This document shows, piece by piece, positions 51,527-64,000 of a stretch of 64,000 nt of DNA. The DNA is from Mobula hypostoma (Eukaryota). The stretch spans positions 177,446,001 to 177,510,000 of the forward strand of contig NC_086097.1 of NCBI RefSeq assembly GCF_963921235.1, in the 5' to 3' direction. The translations under genes and the position numbers were made by a program. Below the pieces are notes generated by a model. It did not search any database. It worked only from the letters and a program-made list of their open reading frames with translations, and was not told the DNA's origin. Numbering within the stretch: position 1 is the first letter of the stretch; each line of letters starts with the position of its first letter.

Positions 51527-53639
51527 TAAGACAAGTATTTTCCTACATGAGCAAATTCCTGCACCTGCAGGAAATCTGAAACAAAGCAGAATAGGGGAAA
51601 CTCTCAGCAGTTCAAGAGGCACATGTAGAGAGAGAGAAATGGTTAATAATCCAAGTCATACTGTGGACATCATCTGAAACAAAAGAAGTCGGCTAACTCT
51701 TTAACGTAATAAACCAGTCACAGCACTTCAGACAATCATAGCATTAGAGTACAGCATGGAAACAGGTGGCAGCCATAGTGGCCACCGAGCCAGTCTCACT
51801 TGTGTGCATTTGCCTTGTATCCCTCTTAACCTCTCCTATCTGTGTACCTGCCTCAGTCACCCCCTCTGGTAACGCATTCCATACATGCACCACCTTCATT
51901 GTGAAGCTTCTGATTGTCCGTCTTTTCTCCCTTAAGCCTCCTATCCTCTAGTTTTTAGTTCCCCTTCCTTCGGAAAAAGACTGTGCATTCGCTCCCATCT
52001 GTGTCCTTCCTCCCCTTCCCAACCTCTTGCTGTAACCCAGTCTCTTTTCCTACATCCGGATGACCAAAGTTGCACATGATTCTGGGTGGAACATGTTATC
52101 CGGTTCTACAACAGAGAGAGAGAGAAAATGAAAGGAGAGTGGGCAGTGGAGGGGGAGGAGTATTTTGCTACTTGGTCACATTGGACAGGTCTAAAGCTCT
52201 CACTGTTTGACTTGGGAATGGTCAGTGTTTGATCGTTGAACCAATTGCTTTCAATGAGACCTTTTCCTTTTATTACCTGCAGAGTGAAATGTACCAGTCT
52301 AAAATTAACATTGAACTTGGCAACAGATACAGTTTATAGGAATTCTAAATAACAGCATAGATATTCCTTCCTAACTTCACTCCTAAATTGGAATTGGTTT
52401 ATTATTGTCACATGTACCGAGGTCCAATGAAAATCTTATTCCATACTGTCCATACAGATCAATGCATCAAATAAGTAGATAGTAGATAGAGGTAGTACAA
52501 GAGAAAACAATAACAGGATGCAGAATAAAGGATATCGGTAGTAGAGAAAGTGCAATGCAGGTAGATTTAAGGTGCACGATTGTAATGAGGTAGATTGTGA
52601 GGTCAAGAGTTCATTTAATCACATAAGGGATCCATTCAGTCATCTTATAACTGCGGGATAGAAGCTGTTCTTCAGCCTGGTAGTATATCGAACATAAGCC
52701 TTTCAACCTACTGCATGATCTGTGTGTTTTTAAAAAAAAAACAGCCCTGACATCCTCCCTATATCTTCCTCCAAACACTTTAAAGTTATGCCCTCCCATA
52801 TTAGCCATTTCTGCCCTGAAAAAATGGTGCTGACTGTCCACTCTATCAACGCCTGTTAGGATTTTGCACATTTTGATCATCACTTCTTATCCTTTTTTGC
52901 TCCAAAGAGAAAAGCCCCAACTTTCTCAACTTGTCCTTTTCCGGGCTTTTATATCCTCCGCCTGATGGAGTGAGAAACCCCGGCTCTGGCTTTTGACTTT
53001 CCAGACCAGCTGGAAAAAGTTCTCTCTCAGAAACAGTCGGCTCCCATTAGTATCGTGAGCAGAGATGATCCCATTCCTGCCTGCGTTCTGTATGCTCTGG
53101 TCTATCTAAATCCTACTGAAGTAACTGGAAGGTTGATATCCAGGTGGGGTTTTGTTATAATAATTCAGAGCACACTGCTGCTATATGGTGTTGGCAGCAG
53201 ATTCAGTAAGGAGAAGGGGCATTGCAAGACTGTTTGGAAAAGGAGGAGTTTGCAGAGCTTTTAGGAAGGATCAGTGGAGTGGGACTGATTGCATTGACCT
53301 TAGGAAGTGAAGTGTCCAGCATCTTCCATTACATTTTGTTCCGTGCTTCTGTTAATGGCAATGACTTTGTTATTTTCCCATCCATTTATGGGGTTGGGGG
53401 AAGAGGTTGCTGAGATTATACTTTCTAATATGGGAATGTTCACATTCATAATTGGTTAAAGTGATCTTCTGATTTTGGGCCCGAGTATTACTAGCTCGTC
53501 ACCCACTCATTCACACTCACCTCTTCCGCCACTTGTGTCAGCCCCACCATTCGGTATAAGCGTGGCCAATCTTTTACCTCCAAATCACTTTCCCACACTA
53601 ACCCTTGAATTCTAATTTCTGGTCATTTCTCCCCCAGAT

Positions 53640-54540
53640 CCTTTGTTTCCCCCCCCATTCTCCATTCTCTTCACCTGCCCAATACCCTTCGCTGGTCTCC
53701 TCTTACTTCCCTTTTTTCCATTGCCAACTGTCTTCTTCAGACCTTTCTCTTCCCCTCACAGCTTTTTACTTCCTTCCCCCTCCCTCCGCCACCCACCCTT
53801 TCCCCTCACATGCTCTCACCTATCATCTGTCAGCTGGTAGGCCTTTCCCTCCCACTACTTTCTGCCTTCTGCCCCTGCCCCTGTCCCCTTCCTTTTCAGT
53901 CCCAATGAAGGGTCTCAACCCACGACATCACCTGTTTATTCTCCTCCATAGCTGCTGTCCAGCTTGCCGAGTTCTTCAGCATTTTGTATTGTCCTAGGGG
54001 ACTGTCATCCCTTAATCACGCTAGTCCCATAAGAAACACAGACAAAATGCTGGGGCAACTCAGTAGGTCATGCAACATCTACGGAGGGGAATAAACAGTT
54101 GATGTTTGGGTCCGAACCCCTTTAGGACTGGCGAAGAAGCCAGAATAAGAAGGGGCATGGGGTGAGGGGGAGGCATATACACTGGCAGGTGATAAGTGAG
54201 ACCGGACGAGGGGAGTGGGGTGTACGAGATAAAGGGCTGAGGGAGTCTAATAAGAGAGCACAGTGGACTGTGGAAGGAAGGGAAGGAGGGGAACCAAAGG
54301 GAGATGATGGGCAGGTGAGGAGAAAAGAGGTGAGAGCGGAACCAGGATGGGGAATGGAAAAAGGGAAGTGCGGTGGCGAGAGTGAAATCAGAGAGGAATG
54401 GTTACTGGAAATTAGAGAAATAGGTGCTCATGCCGACGTTTATTCCCCTCCATTGACACTGCCTGACCTGCTGAGTTCCTCCAGCATTTTGTGTGGATGT
54501 TGCTCAGGGCTTCCAGCATCTGCAGAATTTCATAAGTCCC
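53640..54540. mobile_element. Cluster of Penelope terminal-repeat fragments in alternating orientation
   Basis: Pyrimidine-rich then purine-rich tracts with repeated ctgagttcctccagcattttg-like and caaaatgctgg...aactcag-like motifs. Similar clusters lie near 22200-22520, 41880-42360 and 45100-45480. Confidence 0.7.
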
Positions 54541-56806
54541 ATAAGAATTGTTTTGTTTTAGTAAGATCAACTCCTATTCCACTGCACTCTTGTGCTACAT
54601 ACGGAGTCTGCTTAAACTTACTTCATTAAAACAATGTGACTCCAAACCCCTAAAATATTTTACCAAGCTGTTGTCTGGAATAGAGGTTATGAGCTGCAAG
54701 GAAATTTGGGATAAACGCGGGTTGTTCTCTCTGGAGCCGAGGTCCCCAACCTTTTTTATGCCATGGACCAATACCATTAAGCAAGGGTTCTGGGAACCAC
54801 TGATCTAAAGCATCATCTGGAGAGACCTGATGGAGATTTTAAAAATTGAGATATTTAAATAGGGTGTACAGTCTGAATCTTTTCCCCAGGGTAGAAATGT
54901 CAGACTCAAAGGCAAGCTTTTAAGGTTAGAGGGGAAGCTTAAAGGCAGTGTGAGGGGTGAGCTGTTTTAGGCAGAGTGTGTAGGTGCCTAGAATGGGGTA
55001 CCAGGAGTAGCAGTGGAAGCAGGTAGTTTGGCACAGTTTAAGAAGTGTTTAGATTGACACACGAATGTGAAGGGAATGCAGGGTATATGGATGGTAAATA
55101 GTAAGAGGACACTTAGTATAAATTGGCATCAAGATTTGCGCTTGAATGGCCTGTCTAGTGCCATACTGACGTTCCTTGTGTGCTGCGTTATGAGGGGCAT
55201 AGATGGGGTTATTCCTGTCAGGTTGGGTGAGGATAGAACTAGTCATAAGTTTAGGTTGAAAGGTGAAATATCTAAGCAGAGGGCGATCCTCTTCACTCAG
55301 ACAGTGTGAGTATGGAATGAGCTACTGGCAGATGTGTTAGATGTGGGTTCAATTGTATCATTTAGGATAGGTACATGCATGAGAGAGGTATGGAGGACTA
55401 TAGTTCGGGTACAGGTAGAAGCACTAGTAGTACAACCAGGTTGGCATGGACTAGGCTAAGGGCCAATTCCTGTGCTGTAGTGGTGTGTGGAACCTATGCA
55501 CCCTACATCCTTCCCTCAGTTGGGGGGGTAGAACTCTAGAGAGTATCCATGGTTGGTCCACTGTGCCATATTAATTTCATATCATTGAGTTCATTATCAA
55601 GTGTGCAACTACAGTGAGTTACAAGTGCAATAAAAAGCTTGCAGCAACATCATGGGCACATAAGTAATGATTTTCTTTCTTTGTCACTCGTACATTGAAG
55701 CATGCAGTGAAATGTATTATTAGTGTCAATCAACAACCAAACAGTTTCGAGCATGCGCTGGGGAAGCCCGCAAGTGTAGCCATGCTTACAGCGCCAACGT
55801 CACAGGCCCACAGCTTACTAGCCCCAACTGGTACATCTTTGGAATGTAGGAGGAAACCCACGGGGAGAAATTTTTTTAAAAAAAGAAAACTCCTTACAGA
55901 GAGCGGTGGGAATTGAACCCCGGAATTTCCTATCACTAGAGCTGTAAAGCATTACACCAGCCACTACTCTACCGTGCTGCATGCTGAACTTAAACGAAGC
56001 AGTGCAAAATAAAAGCAGAGACTAGTCCACAGGATTGGGGAATGCTCTGTAGTGTTTCATTGCTGAGGCCGGATCAGGGTTGTGCAGATCATTTCTAGAG
56101 CCTAATGGCTGCTTGGTTATTTGGCTATTGGAGGTGTTTGTCACTGGCGAGATCCCTGTGCCCATCTTGGGACTGAGGGTGCTGTTAGGAGTCTGCAACA
56201 TTAGTGGGGTTTGGGTCACACCTAGCCTAGCGCATGGGGTGGTAGATTCTGGTCCTTGAACAACAAGTGATCTACTGGAGGAAGGAAATGTGGTAATTGA
56301 TGCTTCAGGTGAAGGATCTTGACCTGAAATATCAGTGGTCCATTTTTTTCCATTGTTGTTTCCTGACCCACTGAATTCCTCCTGTTATTTGCTGCTCCAG
56401 GTTCCAGCATGTGCAATCTCTTGTATCTCCTATCTGCTGGAGGGACTCAGCAGGTCGAGCAGCATTTATGGGGGAGGCAGGGGAAGAATTGCCAACGTTT
56501 CAGCTTGTCACTATATCGGGACCGGAAAAAGTGGAGAGGGAAGATGGTGACTGTTCCTTGAAGATCAGCATGACAACAGCATTATGAAACTCCAGGAGGC
56601 TCATGATTCATGTTACTGGTATTTGGTGCTTTTAAAATTCCAGATCTAATTGACGTTAACATTCCACTGTTGCTGTTGTAGGATTTGAGCTCTTACCTGT
56701 GCATCAGTAGTCACTGAATTTCGGTCCTGTTGAGAAACTACAATGATATTGTATTGTACACAAGACTTCTGGGAAGCTAAATGTTCTGCATTGTTCTCTC
56801 TTGCAG

Positions 56807-57036
56807 TGGAGTTCAACGACTGCTTTGGAAGTGTTTTGATTCGCTATGAGACCAGCAACCCCAAGTTCAGAGTCCAGCAAGATGGTGTGGTGTATGCAGC
56901 CAAGAACTTTCAAGTCCCTGGGAAACAGTTGAAGTTTATAATAACGGCATATGATGCTCAGTCACAGCAGCATTGGCAAGCTGCTGTCCGGTTGACCGTG
57001 AGGCCAGAGAGTAGCACCAAGCAAAGTGGACAGAAG
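56807..57036 (+). CDS. Type I classical cadherin (N-/R-cadherin, CDH2/CDH4-like), prodomain exon (equivalent to exon 3)
   Basis: Acceptor ttgttctctcttgcag ends at 56806 and donor AAG|gtaatt starts at 57037. The 230-nt exon (phase 1 in, phase 0 out) reads (V)EFNDCFGSVLIRYETSNPKFRVQQDGVVYAAKNFQVPGKQLKFIITAYDAQSQQHWQAAVRLTVRPESSTKQSGQK. This matches the CDH2/CDH4 prodomain pattern V.F..C...YE....F.V..DG.V.A...F...A.D.....W...V.L. Confidence 0.93.
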
Positions 57037-58199
57037 GTAATTGAATCCCAGTTTCCCTTGAGGTTGACTTCTTCCAGCTCATGGAACCCATTCTGACCAA
57101 TCCCAAGCTTTGAGACTTCCTGAAAGGGATTGAGTATGAAGAGTTGTACAGCAAGGAAACAGGGCTTCCGGCCCAACTGGTCCTCGCTGACCAAGATTCC
57201 CTTCCGAGCTATTCCCGTTTGCCTATATTCGGCCCATTTTCCACTGAACCTTCTGTATCCATGTACCGATCCAAGTGCTCTTTACATGTTGTTAATATAG
57301 CTCACCCCTCACATTGCCTTTATCTGGCAGCTTGTTCCATATACCCACCACCCTCGAACTGAAAATGTTATCCCTCAGGTTCTTGTTAAATCTTCGAGTC
57401 TGGTTTCCTAACCCCAGAACAAATATTGAGTGTAGTCATCTGATGCCCCTCTCGATTTTGTAATTATCAACAATATCATCCACCACGCTCCAATGAATCA
57501 AGTCTCAGCTGGAGTATTCCTAATATTTATTTTAATCTTTGGGATCATTATTGATGAAGCTGAAAACTATTTAGTCCATAATTTCCACACTTCTCTTTAA
57601 AACAATCCAATCTTCCCACTCTTTCCCAACAACTGCATGGTTGTTTTCCCCTCAAGCATCTATCGGATTCCCTAATGGAAGCCATGACTGATGCTCCTGC
57701 ACGGATCACAGAGCACCCTTGCATTGGTTAATAGATATCATTTAATTTGGAGTCTAGTTTGCAATCAAATGTATAATACAACTTCTAGGATCAATATATC
57801 CAGGAGCTTTCTGGTGTATGTCTGGTTTGTGGTTGTGACTGAAAGCTTGTTTTATAAGCTTTATATTGCATTTAGTTGGTAGAGAAATGTCATAATGATT
57901 TATGGCTCGCAATTGTAGCATCTGTTTTATCTATGCGGTCCATTTTCCTGAAGAGAAGGGTCACAGACCTGCATTTCTATAGTATTTTTCACTATGCTTT
58001 TTTGAAGGTCCTAGGACACTTTACAGCCAAGAAACAATACCCACTGTCATGATGTAGGAGTTCAGGTCCTATGGTTTCAGACAGTAAGGTCCTACACAGC
58101 AATTGGAGATGGTGGGAAAGCTGCTTTAGCGATGTTGATTGTGAGAAGAATTTTCTCTTTCTCTCCCCCCCACCAAGTGGGGACTTTAAGTTGATAGGG

Positions 58200-58700
58200 C
58201 GTTTAAGAAGATGTGTGGTGTGTTACCTTCCTTAGCTAGGGGATTGAGTTCTTCAAGAGTAACGAGTTAATGTTGCCACTTTTAAAACTCTGTTTAGACC
58301 ACAAGTTGAATATTGTATTCAGTTGTGGCCGCCTCATTAAAGGAAAGTTATGGAAGCTTTAGATGAGAAGAATGCAGATGACATTTGCCAGGACGCTGCC
58401 TGGACTCGAGAAGCATGTCTTATGAGGATAGGTTTTGTGAGCTAGTGCTATTCTCTTCAGAGCAAAGGGAGATGAGAGATGGCTTGATAGTGGTGTATAA
58501 GATGATAAAAGGTATAGATAGAGAGGACTTCCATTTTTGTTCCAAATGGTTAATACGAGAAGGCAGAATTTGGAGGTGATTGGAGGGAGGTATAGAGGTG
58601 ATTCAGAGGTAGAATTTTTACACAGTGATGGGTGCGTGGAACGTGCTGTGAGGGGTAGTGGTAGAAGTAGTTGTGCTAGGACATATAAGAGACTCGTGGC
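58200..58700 (+). mobile_element. CR1 LINE 3' fragment
   Basis: Remnants RPQVEYCIQLWPPH and MSYEDR...LFSSEQREMRDGLIVVYKMIKGIDR. Further CR1 pieces lie near 25930-26640, 40130-40540, 54660-55480, 61950-62260 and 63000-63470. Confidence 0.8.
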
Positions 58701-59837
58701 TGGAGTACAAGTGGAGGGCTACCACCACTTACGCTGATAGCTTGTTCCACACTTGCACCACCCTTTGAAAAAGTTTCCTTTCAGATTCTCCTTAAATATT
58801 TCACCATCCATCGTAAGCCTATGACCCCAAGTGAGGGTGAGAAGCTTGTGTGCATTCACGCTATCTTACCCCTTTTCAAATGTTTTTGGCCAACAAACGT
58901 CCTGGTGAGCCTTCTCTGCACCCATCTCCCCCCCCCCAACCCCCACCCTCTATGACAATCAGCTCTGGGCAAGAGTGGTTTCTCGGAAGCTCAGTGGTGC
59001 GTTCTAAAATACTCCTCAGAATGTCCTATTTGACCTCTTCTGAAAGTTGGAATTTAGACGGACAAAAGTGAAACCCTTCAGGCGGCACTTCCTATTGTTG
59101 ATAAAGGCCAAAAATGTCCACATAGTTCAGTTATCTATTCATTTTGTTCTCCTGTTAAAGCTGTCATCGTGTACTTGATGACATTCACAGTACAGGATCC
59201 AGCTGCTCTGTAATAGAGGCTATTTCCTAATTGGGTGCCAAAACCCAAATGTTATTTAGTGCCCTAGCTGAAGAGTGTTTGTCAGTATTCAGTAAATATT
59301 TAAAGTTGTGGTTGAATAACTTTTACTATGTCCATGCTATTACAATGTCCGGTGGTTCTGCAATCTGTAGTATCCTACTTTTAGCTTTGTATGTATGTTA
59401 AACTAGAAATTATAACTTGGGAAGCAAGACTGTGTAAGGTTTTCCAACTGTCTGAGCATAGTGCTGTGTGTTTCAGGTTCTGGCTGTAGAATGACGTAAT
59501 TGCAAATTTATTTGCCCCTTTCAATGTTCAGAGTGGTGTTTTATAGTACGTTAACAGAAGGTTAGAGCTTCTCACCCCTTTGTTCCCACACATCAGAACA
59601 GAAGTAGGTTTTTCCCACAGTACCATCACTTTGGCACTTGGATGCAGACCCTGCCTCTTTTAGGTCCCATCCCTCCTCTGTAGTTGTTTACGAGCTGATG
59701 ATTTCTGACACCATTGCATAATCTTTTGAGTTGGGTCGGAGTTTTTTTTGTCAGGAAGCATTTAGACAGACATGAGCATGCAGGGATCTTGTTCAGTTGA
59801 TGGGATTGGATTCATCTGGATCATGGTCAGCACACTG

Positions 59838-59904
59838 CAGTGCTGTGCAAAAGTCTTAGGCACATACATACAGCTAGGATGCCGAAGACTTCTGCTCAGT
59901 ACCG
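59838..59904. mobile_element. Palindromic Tc1-type mini-MITE (partial second copy at about 60268-60321)
   Basis: cagtgctgtgcaaaagtcttaggca...tgccgaagacttctgctcagtaccg forms an imperfect inverted repeat. Confidence 0.6.
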
Positions 59905-61117
59905 TGTTTGACAACCTGGAGCGGAGAGCGAGTTTGTAAAGCTGACGGGAGCAAATGATGTTTGGAATGACGAGGGTGTTTGGAAGTGGCAGAGGGGGTG
60001 TGCCAGGGCAGTGGTGACAGACCCAGCCCTGAGACACCAGGCAGGGTCACTTGATTCCAAACAACTGGTTTATTGAACGTCTTTCTGTTGCCTCCCACTC
60101 CCTCCCCTCTCCCTTCCCCTTTCCCCAGCCATGATTCCCCTCTCCCTGCCCCCTCCCCACTCTCAGTCCACAATAGTGACCCGTATCAGGTTTATCATCA
60201 CACGTATGTCATGAAATTTGTTGGGTTTTTTTGCAGCAGTAGTACAGTACAATACATAAAATTACTATAGTACTGTGCAAAGGTCTTGGGTACCCTAGCT
60301 GTGCCTAATATATGTGCCTAATAACTGTGGCAAGGGATTCCACAGATTCATCACCCTCTGGCTAAAGAAATTCCTCCACATCTCATTTCTAAAGGGATGT
60401 CCCTTTTATTCTGAGGCAGTGCCCAGAGATCCCAGGCTCCTACTGATGGAAACATTGTCTTCATATTCACTCTATCCAGGCCTTTAATGTTCAGCTCATG
60501 TACCCCCCTCCCTTCCTATCCCGACAGTGTAGTTGTAAACCTCTTCCACATTCTTCCTGTAATGGGGTGACCAGAAATCCACACAGTTATAGTTCAGCTT
60601 TGTTGTCATCTGCACAATACATGTACACACGGGTACAATGATAAACCCACTTGTAGCAACATCAGAGGCACATAACGTGAGGTAAGCAACAGTCACAAGA
60701 AAAACTTAAATGTATTATAAAATATACATCATCTTTATAAGAAGGATCACAATTAGGTCTTTTTAAAAATAGTATTTTTAGTGCAAAGTGTTCAAAGTGG
60801 CTGTACTGAGACTATGATTAGGTTTTGCAGGTTGGTTCAAGAATTGAATGGTTGTAGAAAAGTAGCTGCACTTGAACCTGGTGGTGTAGGACTTAAGGCT
60901 TCAGGACCTCCTGCGCGATGGTAGCTGCAAGAAAGTGAAAGCATGGTTACAGGTTTGTGGAATACAGATTGGAATAGTTGGTCATGAACCAGAAGGAGCT
61001 ATTTTATTAAACCAAGAACCAGAAATTGCCTGTGATTATTGCAGAGATTGTAATGGTTAGTTGAGGCAGGTGTATGTTTACTTCAATTAAAATTTGTCAA
61101 TTACTGTGCATTGACAG

Positions 61118-61288
61118 AGCTGGAAGACCAATGGCATCGCCCTGCCCCAGACAGTTCCGGATATATTGTTCCCTGAATTCCGGCCGGACAGCAACGGTCA
61201 GCTGAAACGCCAGAAGAGAGATTGGGTCATCCCACCGATCAGCGTGCCCGAGAACGCCCGTGGTACTTTCCCACAGGAATTGGTCAGG
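61118..61288 (+). CDS. Type I classical cadherin (CDH2/CDH4-like), exon with prodomain end, furin site and EC1 start (equivalent to exon 4)
   Basis: Acceptor gcattgacag ends at 61117 and donor AGG|gtaagt starts at 61289. The 171-nt exon is phase 0/0, in frame with the upstream exon, and reads [57 protein letters not shown]. It contains RQKR, the adhesive Trp2 and the PEN calcium-binding motif. It is absent from the ORF track. Confidence 0.96.
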
Positions 61289-64000
61289 GTAAGTGTCCAC
61301 CCAGGTGTCCAGCAGTAATCTTCTTACTGGAAATAATTAATAACTAGAGCAGGAGAAAAGTCAAAAGTTGAATTCATTGTTTGCATGATTACGTGTATGC
61401 ATTGCTACAATGGACAACTTACTTGTATTAGCATTGCGAGCACATAGAATCAGATAAGCACCGCTCACAAGAAAAACATAAATTGAACTTTTAATTATGC
61501 ACAGTTTTTCCAAGAAAGATCACAAGTAGAACAAAGCAGTAGCAAAGTCTGTTGTTGTGCACTGTGATCAAAGTGCTGAGGGAGTGATTAGAGGTGTGCA
61601 GGTTGGTTCATGTACCAAGTCGTTGAGTGAGGTTGGGTGGCCTGTACCTCTTGCCCCGTTTGTAGCTGCGAGGAGATGGTGGGGATCGTTGATGGATGTT
61701 CTTTTTGAGACATCACCTCCCTGAATTAGATTTATTATCACTGGCATTTATGACGTGTTTTGCAGCGGCAGTACAGTACAAAGCTACTATAAATTACAAA
61801 AAAACATTGTGTAAAAGAAAAATGATGAGGTTCAAAGTAAATTTATTATCAAAGTATGTATATGTTGCCATATACTACCTTGAGATTCAGTTTCTTGTAG
61901 GCATTTACAGGGGAAGAGTAAGTACATTAGAATTTTATAGATCATGTAGAATTACAAGGACATTGGCAGGACTGGAGGACTTATGTTACAAGGTAAGATT
62001 GAATAGATTAGGGCTTCATTCCTTGGAATGTAGAAGATTAAGGGAAATTTGATAGAGATGTACAAAATCATGAGGGGTATAGTTAGGATAAATGCAAGTA
62101 GGCTTTTTCCACCGAGGTTGGGTAAGACTACAACTTGAGGTGAGATGTTTAAGGGGAACATGAGAGGAAACTTCACTCAGAGTAGGGAGAGTGCGGGGGA
62201 ACATTTGAGAGAAGTTTGGATAGGTATATGGATGGTAGGCGCCATGAAGGGCTATGTGAAATTCTACCTGTAAAATAAAATTCGATTTTACGTTGAGGAC
62301 TTCTACAGAGCATTGTTCATAGAAATTCGGATGTTGGGGAGGTATGCACCAGTGATGTGTTGGGCTGAATTCACTACTCCTTACAGCTTATGTTGCCATG
62401 CATTCGTATTTCTGTACTGGACCACAATGCACCTTCCAAACCTGCAATCTCTCCCATTAAGGAGGGCAGCAGCCCTGTGAGAAATCCACCCCCCACCCCC
62501 ACGATATGTTAACTCCATCCTGACTCCTGACTTGAAAGTAAATTGCTGATCTTTCATTGTTGCTGGGTCTGTATTCTGGAACTCCCTCCCCAAATGGAGT
62601 CAGAGTTCCTACACCTGGAGGTTCACAAAGTAACCTCACCAGACAGGGAAAAACATTATCTTTCAGGGGAGTCTGTTTTGGAACTTACTGGGAAAATACA
62701 ATGAGTCAGTTGAACAGACCATACATGTAGGAAAAAAAAGATTCTAAAATTGAAATTAAAATTAAAATTGAAATGTGTGAAGACTCTTTAGAGACCCAGC
62801 AAACCATCGAAACCATTCCCACTATCATTTAGTTGCATATTACAAAGCAGGCTTAAAGGAATGAACTTTGAATAAACCAGCTGGAAAATCCACATCTAAA
62901 TTCAAATAGAATGTTTTTCAAAGGCCTGGTGTTAAAGACAAAGAGGGTGTTCTGTGGAATCATTTAAGAATTTGTTGGGTAAAATGTAGGCAGGGACAGG
63001 AAGTTAACTTGGAATGAGAGTCAGGAAATTATTTTGCAGGTATATTATACTTTTCCTTAGGTCACATTTGGCATATTTTGTAAATTCTGGTTGCCCATTA
63101 TGGGAAGGATTAATGTGGAGGCTTGGAGAGTGCAGAAGAGGTTCACCACTGGGATTAGAGGGCGATAGCTGTAAAGAGCAGACAGACAGGTTTGGGTTGT
63201 TTTCTTTGGAGCATAGGAGGCTGAGGGGCCCGTCAAATAAGTTTATATAAAAACAGGAGAGGATAAGATCAGGTAGACAGTCTGCCTTCTCCCCAGGGTA
63301 GACAAGTCAAGTATTAGAAGACATGCATTTAAGGTGAGATGGGTGTGGGACAATTTTATTACATGAGTGGTGGGTGCCTGGTACAGGCTGCTGTGGTGGT
63401 GGTGACAGGTACGATAATGCGTGTATTAGACTCATGAATGTGCAGGGAATGGAGGATTATATACAGGCAACATTAACCAGCCCCACTGTTTCAACTATCA
63501 GGGCAACTCAATGTCATGAAAAGCATGCTATTGAAATACAAGTTTAATAGCTTAGTGTACACTGCCATCATTGTCAAGATAATGGAGACACTAGTCTGAA
63601 TCCTAACACAACTATTGATGTACTTTAACTGCGCATCCACTTGAGCTGCTGCCTCACAGTCCCAGTGACATGGGCTCAATCCGGGAAGTTTTTACTTCCG
63701 GGGCGCCTAGGCGCGACTCGAGTAGCAGCAGTACTCTCGATGGATACGATTAAATATTACCGTTTCAGCCTGATAGAGCTAAAAACCAAGGTCAGTACAA
63801 TAAACAAAGATGTCTTAATGCATTCAAACGATTCATCGCTGCTTAAAACCGACGGAAACAACACCAATTGTGGTCGGAAGTGCCCTCGGAGGAAGTGCGG
63901 GTGTAGATCGGGGTTACAAGGTGTGTTTAAGGAAACGGGGGGTTTAAACTCCCTATACCGACTATCTTACTGGCGAACATGCAGATTCTGGTGAATAAAA

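Larger units (their letters stand above)
1..56806 (+). other. Inferred large intron (intron 2 equivalent) of the cadherin gene
   Basis: I found no signal-peptide or C..GF-type exon upstream. Classical cadherins are known to have a very large intron before this prodomain exon. The region is dominated by repeats. Confidence 0.7.
57037..61117 (+). other. Cadherin intron (4081 bp, GT-AG, phase 0)
   Basis: Canonical gtaatt...gacag ends join the two exons in frame. Confidence 0.88.

Noticed and set aside
1..56806. Upstream cadherin exons 1-2
   Set aside because: I found no signal-peptide or C..GF-type exon with a phase-1 donor by eye. They probably lie left of the window, although a short divergent exon could have been missed.
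56743..57096. 117-aa ORF as a stand-alone gene
   Set aside because: Only 56807-57036 is cadherin-like and it is bounded by splice sites. The flanks are intronic read-through.
1..64000. Prokaryotic systems such as CRISPR arrays, operons or retrons
   Set aside because: There are no long ORFs and no regularly spaced repeat-spacer structure. The recurring gatgctgcctgacctgctgag motif is dispersed PLE terminal sequence.

Overview
Eukaryotic, repeat-rich, mostly non-coding DNA. The mix of CR1, Penelope, Rex/Babar and tRNA-SINE repeats suggests a vertebrate, probably a cartilaginous fish such as a ray (inference). The only host coding sequence I can support is two + strand exons of a type I classical cadherin of the N-/R-cadherin (CDH2/CDH4) group. 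These are a prodomain exon (56807-57036) and the exon carrying the furin site and the EC1 start, [10 protein letters not shown] (61118-61288). The first ~56.8 kb is therefore most likely the 3' part of the very large cadherin intron 2. It holds decayed CR1, Rex/Babar, RTE and Penelope-like (PLE) retroelements, a hAT element with a nested CR1, two Tigger copies, two PIF/Harbinger copies and Tc1/hAT MITEs. The most notable pattern is four ~100-150 bp PLE-derived inserts. Each starts at a minimal hammerhead-ribozyme motif and is flanked by a 12-15 bp target-site duplication. The cadherin also looks like a divergent CDH2/CDH4 mosaic paralog. Nearly all ORFs in the supplied track are chance ORFs or transposon debris. 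Boundaries of old repeats are approximate, and all comparisons were made by eye.
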